64,000 nt of DNA from the human T2T-CHM13v2.0 reference genome, Homo sapiens: NCBI RefSeq assembly GCF_009914755.1, contig NC_060940.1. One strand, 5' to 3'. The notes under the pieces were generated by a model. The model saw nothing but the letters and a program-made list of their open reading frames with translations, was not told the DNA's origin and did no database searches. Of the stretch, positions 24,901-36,899 are shown one piece after another. The position numbers and the translations under genes were made by a program. Each line of letters starts with the position of its first letter. The stretch's first letter is position 1.

Positions 24901-25569
24901 TTCATCCCCAGCCGTGAGCCATGCTGGGCATAGGGAGTGTGCCACGTGTTATCACGTTTAATCCTTACGTCCTGAGATCCGTGTTAACCCAAGTCTTAGA
25001 TGAAGAAACTGATGGTCAGAGTGGGCTGATGCTGGGAAGTGAGCACAGCACGCGGTAGTGTCCTGGACAGCCCCTGCCCATTCTGCCAAGAGCAAGTCTA
25101 GTTCCCTTCTGCCGGTCGGGTGGACAAAGGTGTCTTGAGGCCCTCTCAGTGCCCAGCCTGTCCTAGGTGCCCCCAGCACAGCCCACAGCCCTGCATTCCT
25201 GAAAATAAACAAAATAAACAGGTAAATGCCTGGACAGCGTCGGGCGTGAGGGCTGAGCAGGGAGCTCGGAAGCTGGGGCGGAGCTGCAGTTTTAGGAAGG
25301 GCAGCCAGGCACCCTCGGAGGAGGTGGCCTGGGAGACGTGTCTTCCATGCCATGCGCCTGGCAGGTCCCAGACCACAGGACAGAGCTCACCGGGAGGTGA
25401 TCATTCTGCCCTGCAAATAGAAAAGAGGAAGAGGATATCTGAGGCAAAAAGGAAGGCCAGGGCCTTCTCAAAGGGAACCCAGGGGCCCCGCAGAGTCTCA
25501 GCTTGGGAGGCACAGGTGAAGGGTGTATGGCTGTAATGCCCCGAGGCTGGCAGCTCTGGGCAGTGTGCA

Positions 25570-26030
25570 AACCAGGAAGTCCCAGGATTTCAGGGTCAAG
25601 GGAAATTTTGGGGTCATGAACTTCAACCCCCTCATCAGCGCTTCAGTCTCCACCAGACCCTGCCTCCAGGTTACTGACTCTGCTTGGATACCTCCAGTGA
25701 CCGGGAACTCACTCCCCATCACAGCAGCCTGTTCCAGCCATTCCTGCAGTCCTACCAGCTGGAATGCACTGGTCCATCATCCTGAGGCAGCAGGCAGCAC
25801 ATCTGCTCAGCTGTTACACATGGCTGCCTTTGGATAATTTTAATAGGGATGGTCTCCCCCTGTATGCCTAATCTCTTCAGGTCATTTCTGACTTGACATT
25901 CCTGGTCAGGCCCCATCCTGCCACCTTCCCCTGGGAGAAATTCAGTGGGTTTCTGCCCTTTCCTCGTGTTTGCTGAACGGAAGTAAACCTGAACACCAGG
26001 GTGGCCTGGAAGCAGAGATGCCCTCCCCTC
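25570..26030 (-). mobile_element. L3/CR1 fragment
   Basis: ctctgcttggatacctccagtgaccgggaactcactcc...gcagcctgttcca resembles L3. Confidence 0.5.
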
Positions 26031-26168
26031 CTTTCTCCTGGAGTCTTGTCACCACCGATAGTGCCCTAGATATCAGGCCATGGTGGACTCATCTGGAGCC
26101 CAGATGGTTTCAAGACAAGCCCCCTACCCTCCCTTCCGGTTCTGACTCCTACTAATAATTCAGTTACC

Positions 26169-26469
26169 AGCCGGGGATGGTGGCTGTGTAATCCCTGCAA
26201 TTTGGGAGGCTGAGACAGGTGGATCACTTGAGCCCAGGAGTTTGAGGCCAGCCTGGGCAACATAGTGAGACCCCATCTCTACTAAAAAAAAAATTGAAGT
26301 AAGTTAGCCAGGCATGGTAGTGTGCACCTGTACTCTCAGCTACTAGGGAGGCTGAGGAGAAAGGATTGCTTAAACCCAGGAGTTCAAGGCTGCAGTTAAT
26401 GATGATCGTGCCACCGCATTCCAGCCTGCGTGATAGAGTGAGACTCTGTCTCAAAAAAAAAAAAAAAAA
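26169..26469 (+). mobile_element. AluJ element
   Basis: cacttgagcccaggagtttgaggccagcctgggcaacatagtgagacc, aggctgcagt; TSD attcagttacc / attctgttacc. Confidence 0.93.
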
Positions 26470-26524
26470 TTCTGTTACCCTGCCTGCCTCCTTGTCCAAA
26501 CATAGGGCTGATGATGTGGGGAAT

Positions 26525-26720
26525 GCCTGTGTAGTAGTTAAGAGTCCAGGCTCTGGGAACAGCTGCTAGGGGCTGTGTGGCCTTGGGTGAGTGACCAAAC
26601 CCCTCTGGGACTTTATTTCTCATCAGAAAAATGGGGAGCCCTCACAGGGGTCAGTGGGACAGGCTGGTGTGTGGAGCACCCTGGCACAGGCCTGGCACAC
26701 CGCAAGTACTTGGTAGGTAC
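26525..26720 (+). mobile_element. MIR
   Basis: gtagtagttaagagtccaggctctgg...gctgtgtggccttgggt...cctggcacaccgcaagtact. Confidence 0.7.
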
Positions 26721-29467
26721 CAGCTGCTGTGGTTGCAGCCCATGGGTTTCAGGAGACTCCGTGGGACCTGTGGAGAGGGTTCTGAGGACAAGAAAGACCT
26801 GAGTGGTGCAAGGTGCCAGCTAAAAGCCCAGATGGAGGCCGCCATAGGGAGCAGGGATGCCGGTGAGGCACAAGCGGCCCGGTCCCGTGGACTCTGCCTT
26901 CCCCATCTTCTTCCCAGCGCCCTCCCCATCTTCCCAGCGCCTTCCCCATTTTCCCTCCTGGCCAGCCAGCCCACCCTTGCTTTGGTTCATTCTAGACCTG
27001 CAGGGTGGGGAGGAGACCTGGGAGAGTGTGACCAGCCCGTCCTCCTGCTCACTGTGGGCGGTGGCCATGCTCGGGTCCTGCATTCCAGGCCACAGTCCAG
27101 CCCTGTTCTGACTCCCTGATAAGGGTCCTCATGGGTTCATCTCAGGATGTGCGTTCTCTCTTCCCGCCTCCTGCCCGGGACCCCACCGTCCCGCCCCATC
27201 TCCACCGGCGACTGCCTGCCCTTCTCCCCTAGACATCACCCCCACCCTCGTGGGAACACCCCTCCTCTCCCTGCTGCCCTCACGCATCCTGCATCCCACC
27301 TCCCATCACTGGTGTCCCATCCACCCTGCAAGGCCATCCCCCTTGACGAAGGGGCCCTATTCAGGCCGGATCCCTTCTCCCCGGGCTCAGCAGGCGCTGG
27401 CCGGTGACTCGGAGGGTCCCGTCACATCCAGGGCCCTCTAGTGATTCCTTTCCAGACACAGCTCCATCCACCTACCTCGAGAGACCAGCCGCTTCCAGGT
27501 CAAGCCTGTCTCCAAGTGGCTTTAAGGTCCCAGGCCTCTCAACTGAACCCCATGAGCCAGCCTCGTTCTCTGATGGAGCTGACCTGCTACATGCTAGGGG
27601 CTGGACAGAGCGTGGTGGAAGGCAGTGGGTGGTTCCGTGAGGATGGGGCTCTGTGAGGTAGCCTTGAGGTGGCTCAGGGCCTGTTTCTTTGGCCACTCCC
27701 TCCCCGTGCTCATCATTTGCCAGTGGTCATGGTGGGGGTGGCAGATGCTGTCCTCAGGGACTGGCTGCAATCGTATACTTCAGAGCTAAGGACTTCCATT
27801 TCCCTGGGTAGAAGGAAAGATGGGCCAGTACAGTTGGGCAGGTTGTTCACTGCACGTCGGCACCCAGTCTATACTCTGCTTGTCGGGCCTCCCCAACCTC
27901 CAAGACTGTGTCCACCCAGGGGAGCGCCTTGTGCTAGACACCCAGAGACCCGCGGCAGCCCTGGGTCAGGTGTGGACGCCGTCCGCACCCCTGAGGACCT
28001 TCCATTGCAACCCCATCCTGCGTGCCTGCGGAAGCTGCCCTCAGTGGCCGGAGGGTTGCGGCCTTGGCCCTCCTCAGGTGCTATCGGCCGTCCAGCCCCC
28101 TCATTCCTGTGAGTCCACGTCACTCCCGGTTCTCCCCCCTTGGTCTGGGTTCACCAGGCCGGCTTCAGGGCGGGGTGGGAGCGGCGGGCAGGACCCACCC
28201 CCGGGTGCCGGGGGACTCGGGCCGCGGTCAGCACAGCCTCCAGATGTTCTTCAAAGCATGCCCCACCCCCTTGGCTGCTTGCGGTTGCTGGTCCCGAGTC
28301 CGGAGGACCAGAAAGTGAGACCAGCGACAACGCTGGGGGCGGCTTGGGGGCTGTGACCCGGCGTCAAACGGTAGACTTCCTGCTCAGTACTCACCCCAGC
28401 CCTGCCAGGAGTGAAGTGGTCTCTGAGAATCACACTGTTGCTGAAAGGGAGCTGGCCTTGGGGAGGAGAATTCCAAATATAAGCTGTTTTTGACCCAGCG
28501 AGGAGAGCCCGCAGGCCAGGCTGAGAAGGCTCAGCGTGTGTGGGGAACGCTGGGTGCTCACCTGGCCCACCCTAGTATGGTGGACCTGGGGCTCCTGCCA
28601 CCCCGTCCCCCTAACACCCAGCTCTTGAAGCAAGAGGAGCTCTGCCCCCCGCCGTGGAGGAACCAGGAGCAAAGGGCCCATCTCCCCAGCCCTTGCTCCT
28701 CCAATCAGGGTGGGTGGCCCCTCAAGTGGAAAGAACACAGGCTTGGGGTCCTCAGAGCTCTGGGGCCAAGCTTCACCCAGCCCTCCCAGCCACACCGCCA
28801 GGACAGGGCAGCCACGGCTCCCAGCCTCGGTTTGCGTTACCAAGTGGGGTGCACAGCACCTGGAGTCTCTTTACAACCCCAGAGTGGCTGCAGAGGGGCT
28901 CCCCAGAGAGGAGAGCGGCCGAGCAGGCGCGAGGGTGTGGATAGGCAGGTGAGTGGAGGGATGAGTGAGCAGTGAGTGTGAACTCAGCAGCCCCGGCCGA
29001 GGGAGCTGTGCCCAGGGCTGCTCCTAACACTCCCCACCCTCAACCCCTCCTGGCCGGTGGGCCAGAGCCAGAGGCAGGATGGGGGACATTCCGTCCCCTG
29101 GCTAACTGCTAACAGCGCCTGTCCTGTCTCTGGGCTGTTCGCAGGGCCAGCATCCCAGCCAGCGGCCAAACAGAGTCCACATTCATGAGCAGCCATTGAG
29201 GCTTTCCTACCGGCCGGGCACGGCAGCCGCCTGCAGAATGTGACCGTTGGGAGCGTCCCTGAGCGGGGTTTTCCGCATTCCTCCGGGGCTGCTGGGCCAA
29301 GGTGGCTGTGTGTAAACAGAGCCTGCGTCTCCAGGCCTGGATGTGGCCAGCCGGGCACTGCCCACTGGGAGGCTACAGAATGGAGCTTCTCTGCATTCCG
29401 GGCAGGGGCAGGAATGTGACTTGCTAAGATCCCAGCCAGAGGGGGCGTGGGAGCCAGGATACCCGGG

Positions 29468-29771
29468 TCTCCATACTGGAGGAGGCTGCCCCATCTGTAG
29501 AAGCCGGAGAGCCTGATGCCAGGGCCAGTCTCCATACTGGAGGAAGCTGCCCCATCTGTAGAAGCCGGAGAGCCTGGTGCCAGGGCCAATCTCCATACTG
29601 GAGGAAGCTGCCCCATCTGTAGAAGCCGGAGAGCCTGGTGCCAGGGCCAGTCTCCATACTGGAGGAAGCTGCCCCATCTGTAGAAGCTGGGGAGCTGGGT
29701 GCCAGGGCCAGTCTCCATACTGGAGGAAGCTGCCCCATCTGTAGAAGCCGGGGAGCCAGGTGCCAGGGCCA
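29468..29771. repeat. 61-bp minisatellite, 5 copies
   Basis: tctccatactggaggaagctgccccatctgtagaagccggagagcctggtgccagggccag at 29468, 29529, 29590, 29651 and 29712. Confidence 0.98.
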
Positions 29772-29809
29772 TCCTCTGTGCCTTACACCAGCCCTTCGCT
29801 GTAGGAACC

Positions 29810-30425
29810 TTTTCTACAGAGACAGCGATAAAGCTCTCGAGTCACATAACCGCTCTCCTACAGTGTGCGCTTCAGTGGCTTTCAGGATATTCACAAGGTT
29901 GTACAAACATCACCACCATCTAGTTCTAGAACGTTTTTATCACCCCAAAAAAAACCCTGTGCCCATGAAGAAGTCACTCCCTATTCCCCTCTCCCAGCCC
30001 TCGGCAGCCGCTCCTTCCTGCCTGTGGATTTGTGCATTCTGGACACTTCGAGTACGTGGTTCCTACATCCCGCTCGTTTGTGACTGGCTCTGTCACTCAG
30101 CGTCACATCTTTAGGGTCCATCTGTGCCGTGGCGGGAGTCGGCGCTTCCTTCGTCTTTGCGGCTGAGCGCTGTTCTGCCCCGTGGACGGAGCACATTTTG
30201 TGCACGCACCCCTCCTCCGTTGGACGCCTGGCTTGCCTCCCCTGTCTGGCTGTTGTGAGTCCAGCTGCCGTGAGCTTTTGTGTACCGCTTCTGTGTGGGC
30301 ACCCACTGTCATCTCTCCTGGGCAGCTTCCTGGGGATGGAAGTGCTTCGTCCCGTGGCCACCCTGGCCTTCAAGGAGCTGCCCCACTCTTTCCCACCATT
30401 CCGCTCCCACCAGTGTGTCAGTGGT
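29810..30425 (-). mobile_element. L1MB-type 3' fragment, strongly GC-shifted
   Basis: ttcagtggctttcaggatattcacaaggttgtacaaacatcaccaccatctagttctagaac...caccccaaaaaaaaaccctgtgccc. Confidence 0.8.
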
Positions 30426-31598
30426 GGGAACCTCTTACCCCGACTCTGTGGATGAGGCAACCAGGCCAGGGGAGGGTGAGGCGTTGGCTCAGGACCACAC
30501 GACTGGGAATGGGGCCAGGATTCAAACTGGGAATGGGGCTCAGGATTCCCTGAGTAGGGAAGTCAAGGCAAGGGAGTGAGTGGCCATGGGGACCTCAAGG
30601 CTGTGTCTTTGAACGACAGTGCAGCCCCCCAGGAGGCTCCCCCGCTGTGCCTCCCTGGCCCCCTGAGGACAGCACAGCCCTCGCCTCCTGAACACTTACC
30701 TGTCCACTCTCCACTCTCCACATGCAGGGCCAGGTGCTTCCTCAAGGGAGCCTGGTGAAGCCGCGAGTGAGGTGGGGTCGCCCTGGGGAGGGCCCCGCTA
30801 CGCTGCCAGAGATGACGCTGTTCGTCCTTGCACAGCCTCCTCCCAAGGGACCCACAGCTTTTTTCCGGGGTGGCTGTGTGTCGAGGAGAAAGAAATAATC
30901 AGACTTTCGGGGGCCACTAGACACTGGCTCCGAACTGACACTGACTCCGGGAAACCCAGGACATCCCTGTGCTCTCCAGGCAGAGGGGCTCACGGAGGTC
31001 AGGTGGTCACGGGGTTCAGCTCAGGCCTGTCTCACAGTGGGCCCAGCGGGTCCTGGGATCTGTCCTGTGGCACCTTCCCCCGTTCTGGATACACATGGGA
31101 GTAGGGGCACCCACCAACTGGCAGGGGCCCCATGGCTCCAACCCCACCGAGGTCAGGGCACCTGTCCAGAGCCTACCCAGTGGGGAGCAGTCAGAGGGGT
31201 TGGGGGAGGCAGGCCAGACTGCGTAACCCCACGTGGGGTCCATGAGCACTGTGTGTCTTCTCCAGCCAAACAGGAGGCGGCCGCTCTGCCTGGGAACCCC
31301 CACTGCTCCTCCTGACCCAAGTCTCACTTGGACACAACCTCCAGGGGGCCTCAGTTTCCCCTTCCTAGGCAAGCTGACTTTTCCTGCACTGTCAGCTACT
31401 CTCAGCTGGAGAAAACAGGAAGCAGGGACGGCCACAGTGCTAACATTCGGATGCCGCCGGGCACTGCCCCAAGCAGCCCCTCCAGAGGGTAGAAGCCAGC
31501 AGGTAGACTAGGGAGACAGGCCAGTGTGTGAGGATCCTATAGTGGCTCCCTGGGGGAAGGCGTCTCTGAGCTGGGTGGGTTTTGAACGGTGACTGGGA

Positions 31599-31675
31599 GT
31601 TCTCCAAGCATGCCAGATGGGAGAGGGAATCCCCAGGTTCTCCAAGCATGCCAGATGGGAGAGGACATCCCCAGC
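31599..31675. repeat. 38-bp direct duplication inside an L2-like fragment
   Basis: gttctccaagcatgccagatgggagagg at 31599 and 31637. Confidence 0.85.
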
Positions 31676-32664
31676 AAAGGAAGCAGCATAGGCAAAGGCG
31701 CAGAGACACATTCCTCTTGGCAGAACTGAAACCTCTGGCAGCTCATGGTCAGCAGTTCCGAAAGACCCGACCCAGGCAGCTGCCCACACCACAGGCCCGG
31801 GTGAATGGCCCGCGTCATCCTCTCCAAATCAGGCTGCTGTCCTGGCGATGGGACCAGCTCCGGCTGCCGTCCGCCCATGTCATGCAATTGCATTTGGGAG
31901 GTGTGATATAGAATCCCACTGTGCCAGCTGCTGCCCGGGAGACTGTGGCCAAGTCCCCCGCAGCCTCAGTTTCCCCACCTGTTCAGTGGAGTGATAAGAT
32001 GTGGAGAGCACCTCAATGGTGCTGAGGCAGCACAGGGCACCATGTGCAGGGTCTGGGTGCCAGCACCCTGTGGAGAAAGGAAAGAGCCGGGCAGCACACA
32101 GGGCTGGGATTCAAAGCTGCCACCTCTTGCTTGGCAGAAGGGACAGAGCCGGGACAGTTGCTCCATGTGACTGTGCTTGGCTGGCTGCGTTCCCCAGGTC
32201 CCAGCATCCACAGGCTCAAGTCTGATCCTGGGCGAAGCCCTGGGGAACAGCGAATTCAGGGCCATCGTTTTGGACAGACTGTAAGGGTTGGCTGTCTCTG
32301 CCACCCAAGGCAAGGGGTGTCCCTCTCTGGCTTTGGTGTCCTCTTCATCAAGTGGAGGGCTGAGTGGTCCCCACAGGCACAGGCCCAATGCCTCGGGATC
32401 GGGAGCCTCTGACCTGTGTAGGTGGGAAGGCTCTTGGGACAGGTGGGGCCGGGGGACAGGAGGCGGCGGGGAGCAGTGCGGTCTGTGGCCCACGGCAAGC
32501 ACCCGACACATCTTCAGGAGATGCGAGGGGACAGGCTTATGGCGGCCACATCTCATCGGCTTTCAAGAGAAGCCTGACTGAACTTTTCTGTAACATCTCT
32601 TGGCTGGAAATTTTTATGAGCATTTTGAACCCTGTGCAGGCAGGCTGGGTTTGCAGTCTGTGGG

Positions 32665-33115
32665 TCAGAGCTCACCAATAGAAATAGCTAGAAAAATTTA
32701 GTATAATATGATATACAACATAATGTAATAAAGTATAATGTAATCTAAAGATATGATGTATGACAACCTGTCATATAACACATAACATGATACGGTATCC
32801 TATTATGATGCAGATACATTATATCACATAACATCATACAATATCTTATGCAGGCTACAAACTCAAGCTACCCAAGTGATTTTGGAGCCACATTTAAAAA
32901 TACGTAAAGAAACAGATGAAGTTAATTGTATTGTATCTGCAAAGTATTCTCATTCCACCATGTGATTGATACAAACGTCAGTGAGTTCACATTCTCCTTG
33001 CTGCGCCCTCAGGAAGTCGCGTGCGCTCTGCGCTTGTACCGTGTCTTGATTCTGGCCAGCGATGTGCAAACGCTCCGTGGCCACGTATGCCCGCAGCTGC
33101 TGCACGAGCAGCTCA
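32665..33115. mobile_element. MER33-like hAT element with an internal AT-rich low-complexity expansion (~32700-32845)
   Basis: ccaatagaaata...agccacatttaaaaatacgtaaagaaacagatgaagttaatt...gtggccacgtatg. Confidence 0.65.
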
Positions 33116-33544
33116 GCCCTGCACCCAGGGTCTCTGCGTGCCCTTGTGCCTTGCAATCCTGATGCCAAACGCCTAGCGTAGGTGCCTCCTCCCCAGCCCA
33201 GCCTTCTCACGCCTGACAGCCTTCTCTGTTTTCTCCGGGAAGCCACACCCGACTTTTGTGTCCATCACGGACCTCTTTCGTCTCTGAGAGTTCGTTCCTT
33301 AAAATAGGGTCGGTGGGCCTGGATCAGACCCCCTCGGGGGCTGGTTAAGCCACACATTCCCAGCTGAGTGGAAATCAGTGGGGCAGGGTCTGGGGTCTGC
33401 ATCTGAGGCTGCTCTGGTGATTTTTATGTTGAGCTTTCAGACCCTTGTAAAGCCTCATCTCTTTGTCCCTAGATGCTATGTTTCAGGCACCTGGATGGCA
33501 GCTGCTGTCCCCAGACACCCCACTTCCTTGCTCACCACCAGACC

Positions 33545-33830
33545 ATTTTGCTCTTGCTATTCATCTCCACCTGGAATTCTTGGAAGACTCCTATTCATCC
33601 TTCAAAACCCACCTGCAACATCGCCCTGCCTTTCCTCTGAGAAGGTCTCCCTTCCCCGGCAGCTTCCCTCCCCAACCTCCCTTGCTCCTTGTAGATCTGT
33701 GGTTTGCCTGCTGGTCCTGAGTCCCAAGTCCCTGAAGCACTGACACCTGCTGAGGGTCGTGACTGTCACCCAGCTGTTTGAGTCCCGGACTCCGCCAGGT
33801 CCTGGCACAGAGAGGCCTCAGAGCGTGGAT
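33545..33830 (+). mobile_element. L2 fragment
   Basis: ctcctattcatccttcaaaaccca...cctggcacagagaggcctcag. Confidence 0.55.
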
Positions 33831-34746
33831 GTGGGATAAATCCAGGCGTGTGTGGGTGGGTTGGTCTCTGCAATCTCAGTAAACATCTGGCCGCAGGGCC
33901 TGGCAGGAAGCTGACCTCGTGGGCACCACGCGGCTGGCAGCTGTGGCCGGTCTATAAATACATTCTAAACGCGGACCAGCCCGTGTGCATTCCTGCCTCG
34001 CCCGCCCTGGAGTGCCCTCCCAGCGGAAGAAAAGCCGCCAGCGGCCCTCCGTGCCCGGCCAAGCGGTCACTCCCGGTGAGTGGGAGCATGCCCACAGCAG
34101 GGTCAGCCCAGGGCCCGCGGCATCCGATTGTTAGCTGAGCGCTCGGGGCCTGCCTGGAGCTGGGAGCCGCATTTAGCTCTGGGAAAGGCTGTCCACACCA
34201 GCAGCCTGCTTTGCTTGGATGTCTGGGCTGTGTTTATGCCGGACCGGTGCCTGGGGAATAATTAGAGTCTCCAGAGGGCACCCAGGGGGGCCTGCCGTAG
34301 GCGGGAGGTGCCTGGGACCCAAAGCCCTGCTGTGTCCTGTGGCCCAGGGTGGGCAGAGCCCAGGAGCCCATCGAGGAAAGAGCGGGAGTGGGTTCGCCCC
34401 AGTGCCGAGCTGCCCGGGCAGGAGGAGGGGTTCGGGTGGGGGTCAGCCCTGGAGCTGTGGGTTTTGTTAAGGTATTTCACACCCTCAGCCTCAGTTTTCC
34501 CACCTGTTCCCTGGTATCACAAGTCCTGCCTTCAGGACACAGGTGACAACCAGCAAGGCTGGCAATTGGTCTGAAAGCCAGAGGCCAGGGCCGGTGTGCG
34601 ACGGCCATCATGGTTCCAACCACAAGTGGGGCGGACACTGCCCCACCAGTCTCCGGCCAGCAGCTTTGAGGGCATGTGTCCAGGAGACGTCATCGGGGAC
34701 CCCAAAGGGCGAGCCATGCTGGGGCCTCAGGAAGGAGGGGCTCATG

Positions 34747-35140
34747 CTACACCTCTGCTGTCCGACAGGAGGGGGGTTTGACACGTCTACACCTGTGCTA
34801 TCCGAGAGGAGCAGGGTTTGACACGTCTACACCTGTGCTGTCCAAGAGGAGCAGGGTTTGACACGTCTACACCTGCGCTGCCTGAGAGGCGCAGGGTTTG
34901 ACACGACTACACCTGCGCTGTCTGAGAGGAGCGGGGTTTGACACGCCTACACCTGCGCTGTCCGAGAGGGGTGGGGTTTGACAGGTCTACACCTGCGCTG
35001 CCTGAGAGGAGCGGAGTTTGACACATCTACACCTGTGCTGTCCAAGAGGAGCAGGGTTTGACACGTCTACACCTGCGCTGCCTGAGAGGAGCAGGGTTTG
35101 ACACGTCTACACCTGTGCTGTCCGAGAGGGGTGGAGTTTG
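34747..35140. repeat. 40-bp minisatellite, ~10 copies (ctacacctgtgctgtccgagaggagcagggtttgacacgt)
   Basis: Starts every 40 bp from 34747 to 35107. Confidence 0.98.
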
Positions 35141-35375
35141 AGCCACACTCAAGTTTCAGGTGCTCAGTGGCTTCAGATGAGAAAAGAGGTGAAATGAACT
35201 TTAATGATACATTTCATTTAGCCCGGCATAACCGCAATAGTTTCACGTTAACATGTGGTCTGGATTTTAAAAAATTATCCGTGAAGCATTTCACGTTCTG
35301 TTGGACTCAGTCTTTGAAGGTGCTTCCCGGTCATATCATGAGCACAAGAGGTGCCCGTGGCCAGGCACCTTGAAG
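35140..35375. mobile_element. MER33-like fragment continuing from the VNTR
   Basis: gagccaca...aaagaggtgaaatgaactttaatgatacatttcatttagccc...aacatgtg. Confidence 0.6.
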
Positions 35376-35999
35376 GACAGGCCTGTGGGGTGTGAGGTGG
35401 GGCTGACACTCCCGGCCCCTCCCCAGGCCAGGCCTGGCATCTCCTCTGCCGCCTGGTGAGCTTGTCGAATGCTGGAGGTACCTTGTCATTTTTTTGGCCC
35501 TGAAGGCCAGGAGACATCCAGGTGTTCAGAGAGTGAAAGGTGCAGCGCCTGAGGGAACAGGGGGCTCAGGGCCTCTCAGAGCGTGACAACAGCATGTGGA
35601 GACCCCTGGACACGTCGGAGCCCTGTCACCATGGCTTTCATGTGGTCCTTCTCTCATGGTCCCCGAGATACCTGGGCCCACCACTGGACAGGCACCCAAT
35701 CCTCTTTACCAACCTGTACTCACCCCGATCCCTCCCTGCTGTCCAGGACAACTTTACTGTGCCTTGGCCCCAACAACAGCGTTGCCCCCATCAGCCTCTC
35801 CACTCTGGGATCTGGGCTTTGCTGCCATGTCTTGGCCAGTACAGCCTCAGGTTGGCTCACGTGCCCCCCGCCGCAAGGAGTGAATCAGCCCCAGGGACCC
35901 TTCTACTTTGAGGTGAACTCTGTAGGCAGAACTTCAGAAAGTTGAAGCCAGGAGGAACTTTCTCTTATGGCCATGGACAGCCAGCCAGGGAGCTCTGTA

Positions 36000-36315
36000 G
36001 GTAGGTGGGTATGTGGATGGATGGGTGGATGGATGGGTGGATGGGTGGATGGATGGATGGATGGATGGATGGATGGATGGGTGGATGGATTGATGGGTTG
36101 GGTGGGTGGGTGGATGGATTGATGGGTTGGGTAGGTGGGTGGATGGATGGATGGATGGGTGGATGGCTGGATGGCTGGATGGGTAGGTAGGTAGATAGAT
36201 ACACACATATATACAGATATTGTGTGTATACTTATGTAACATTGTATGTTACACGTATTGTATAAATAATATATAATTGTATATATGTACAAATATAAAT
36301 TATATAACTGATATG
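36000..36315. repeat. (GGAT/GGGT)n followed by TA-rich low complexity
   Basis: Directly visible. Confidence 0.95.
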
Positions 36316-36899
36316 TTCTTGGTTTGGGTGTGCCACTCTTGAGTATGACATACTAGGCACCATGCTGTGACCTGCCCAGGTTCGTTGGTGTCAGGGATCC
36401 TCATGGAAGCCCTGTGGGTAGATAACATTATAATGTTATAATTCCCACCGGAGGCTCAGAGGCTAAATGCCTCACTCAGGGCTGTGTGACCAGCAAGGAG
36501 AAGGGATTAAAACCTGAAGGCAGAAGCTCTAGAGTCTGATCTTCACTCTATGCTGGGCCATTCCACAGCCAGTAAGAGCTGCCACCATGCGGGGTGCACA
36601 TGGCCCAGGATGTTGACAGGCATCAGGCCACACGTCTTTCCTGGATGGATCAAAGCCCATGCTGTGTTTAGACAGGCCCCATGCCCGTCTTCTGCACCTG
36701 TCCCGAGGGTCCTGACCCTGGGCCACCCCAGGTGAACTCTGGAGTCATCCCCACTGCAGGTGACGCCCTCCCAGCCATGTGCTCAGGCTTCCTACAGGCA
36801 GCAGAGTTTAGGTCTGAGGGCGGACACGGGACCATCTGTCGTGTATCCACTCCACGTCCCTTCTCCCCGTAATCCCACTCTCAGTGTGACGGTCAAGCT

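Noticed and set aside
23639-24961. Long Pro/Arg/Gly/Ala ORFs on both strands of the CpG island
   Set aside because: Stop codons are rare at this GC content and no domain is recognisable; only the 33 codons before the donor are kept as a finding
29468-29771. CRISPR-like appearance of regular repeats (also 970, 34747, 37119, 52104)
   Set aside because: Head-to-tail units without unique spacers, no cas genes, primate DNA
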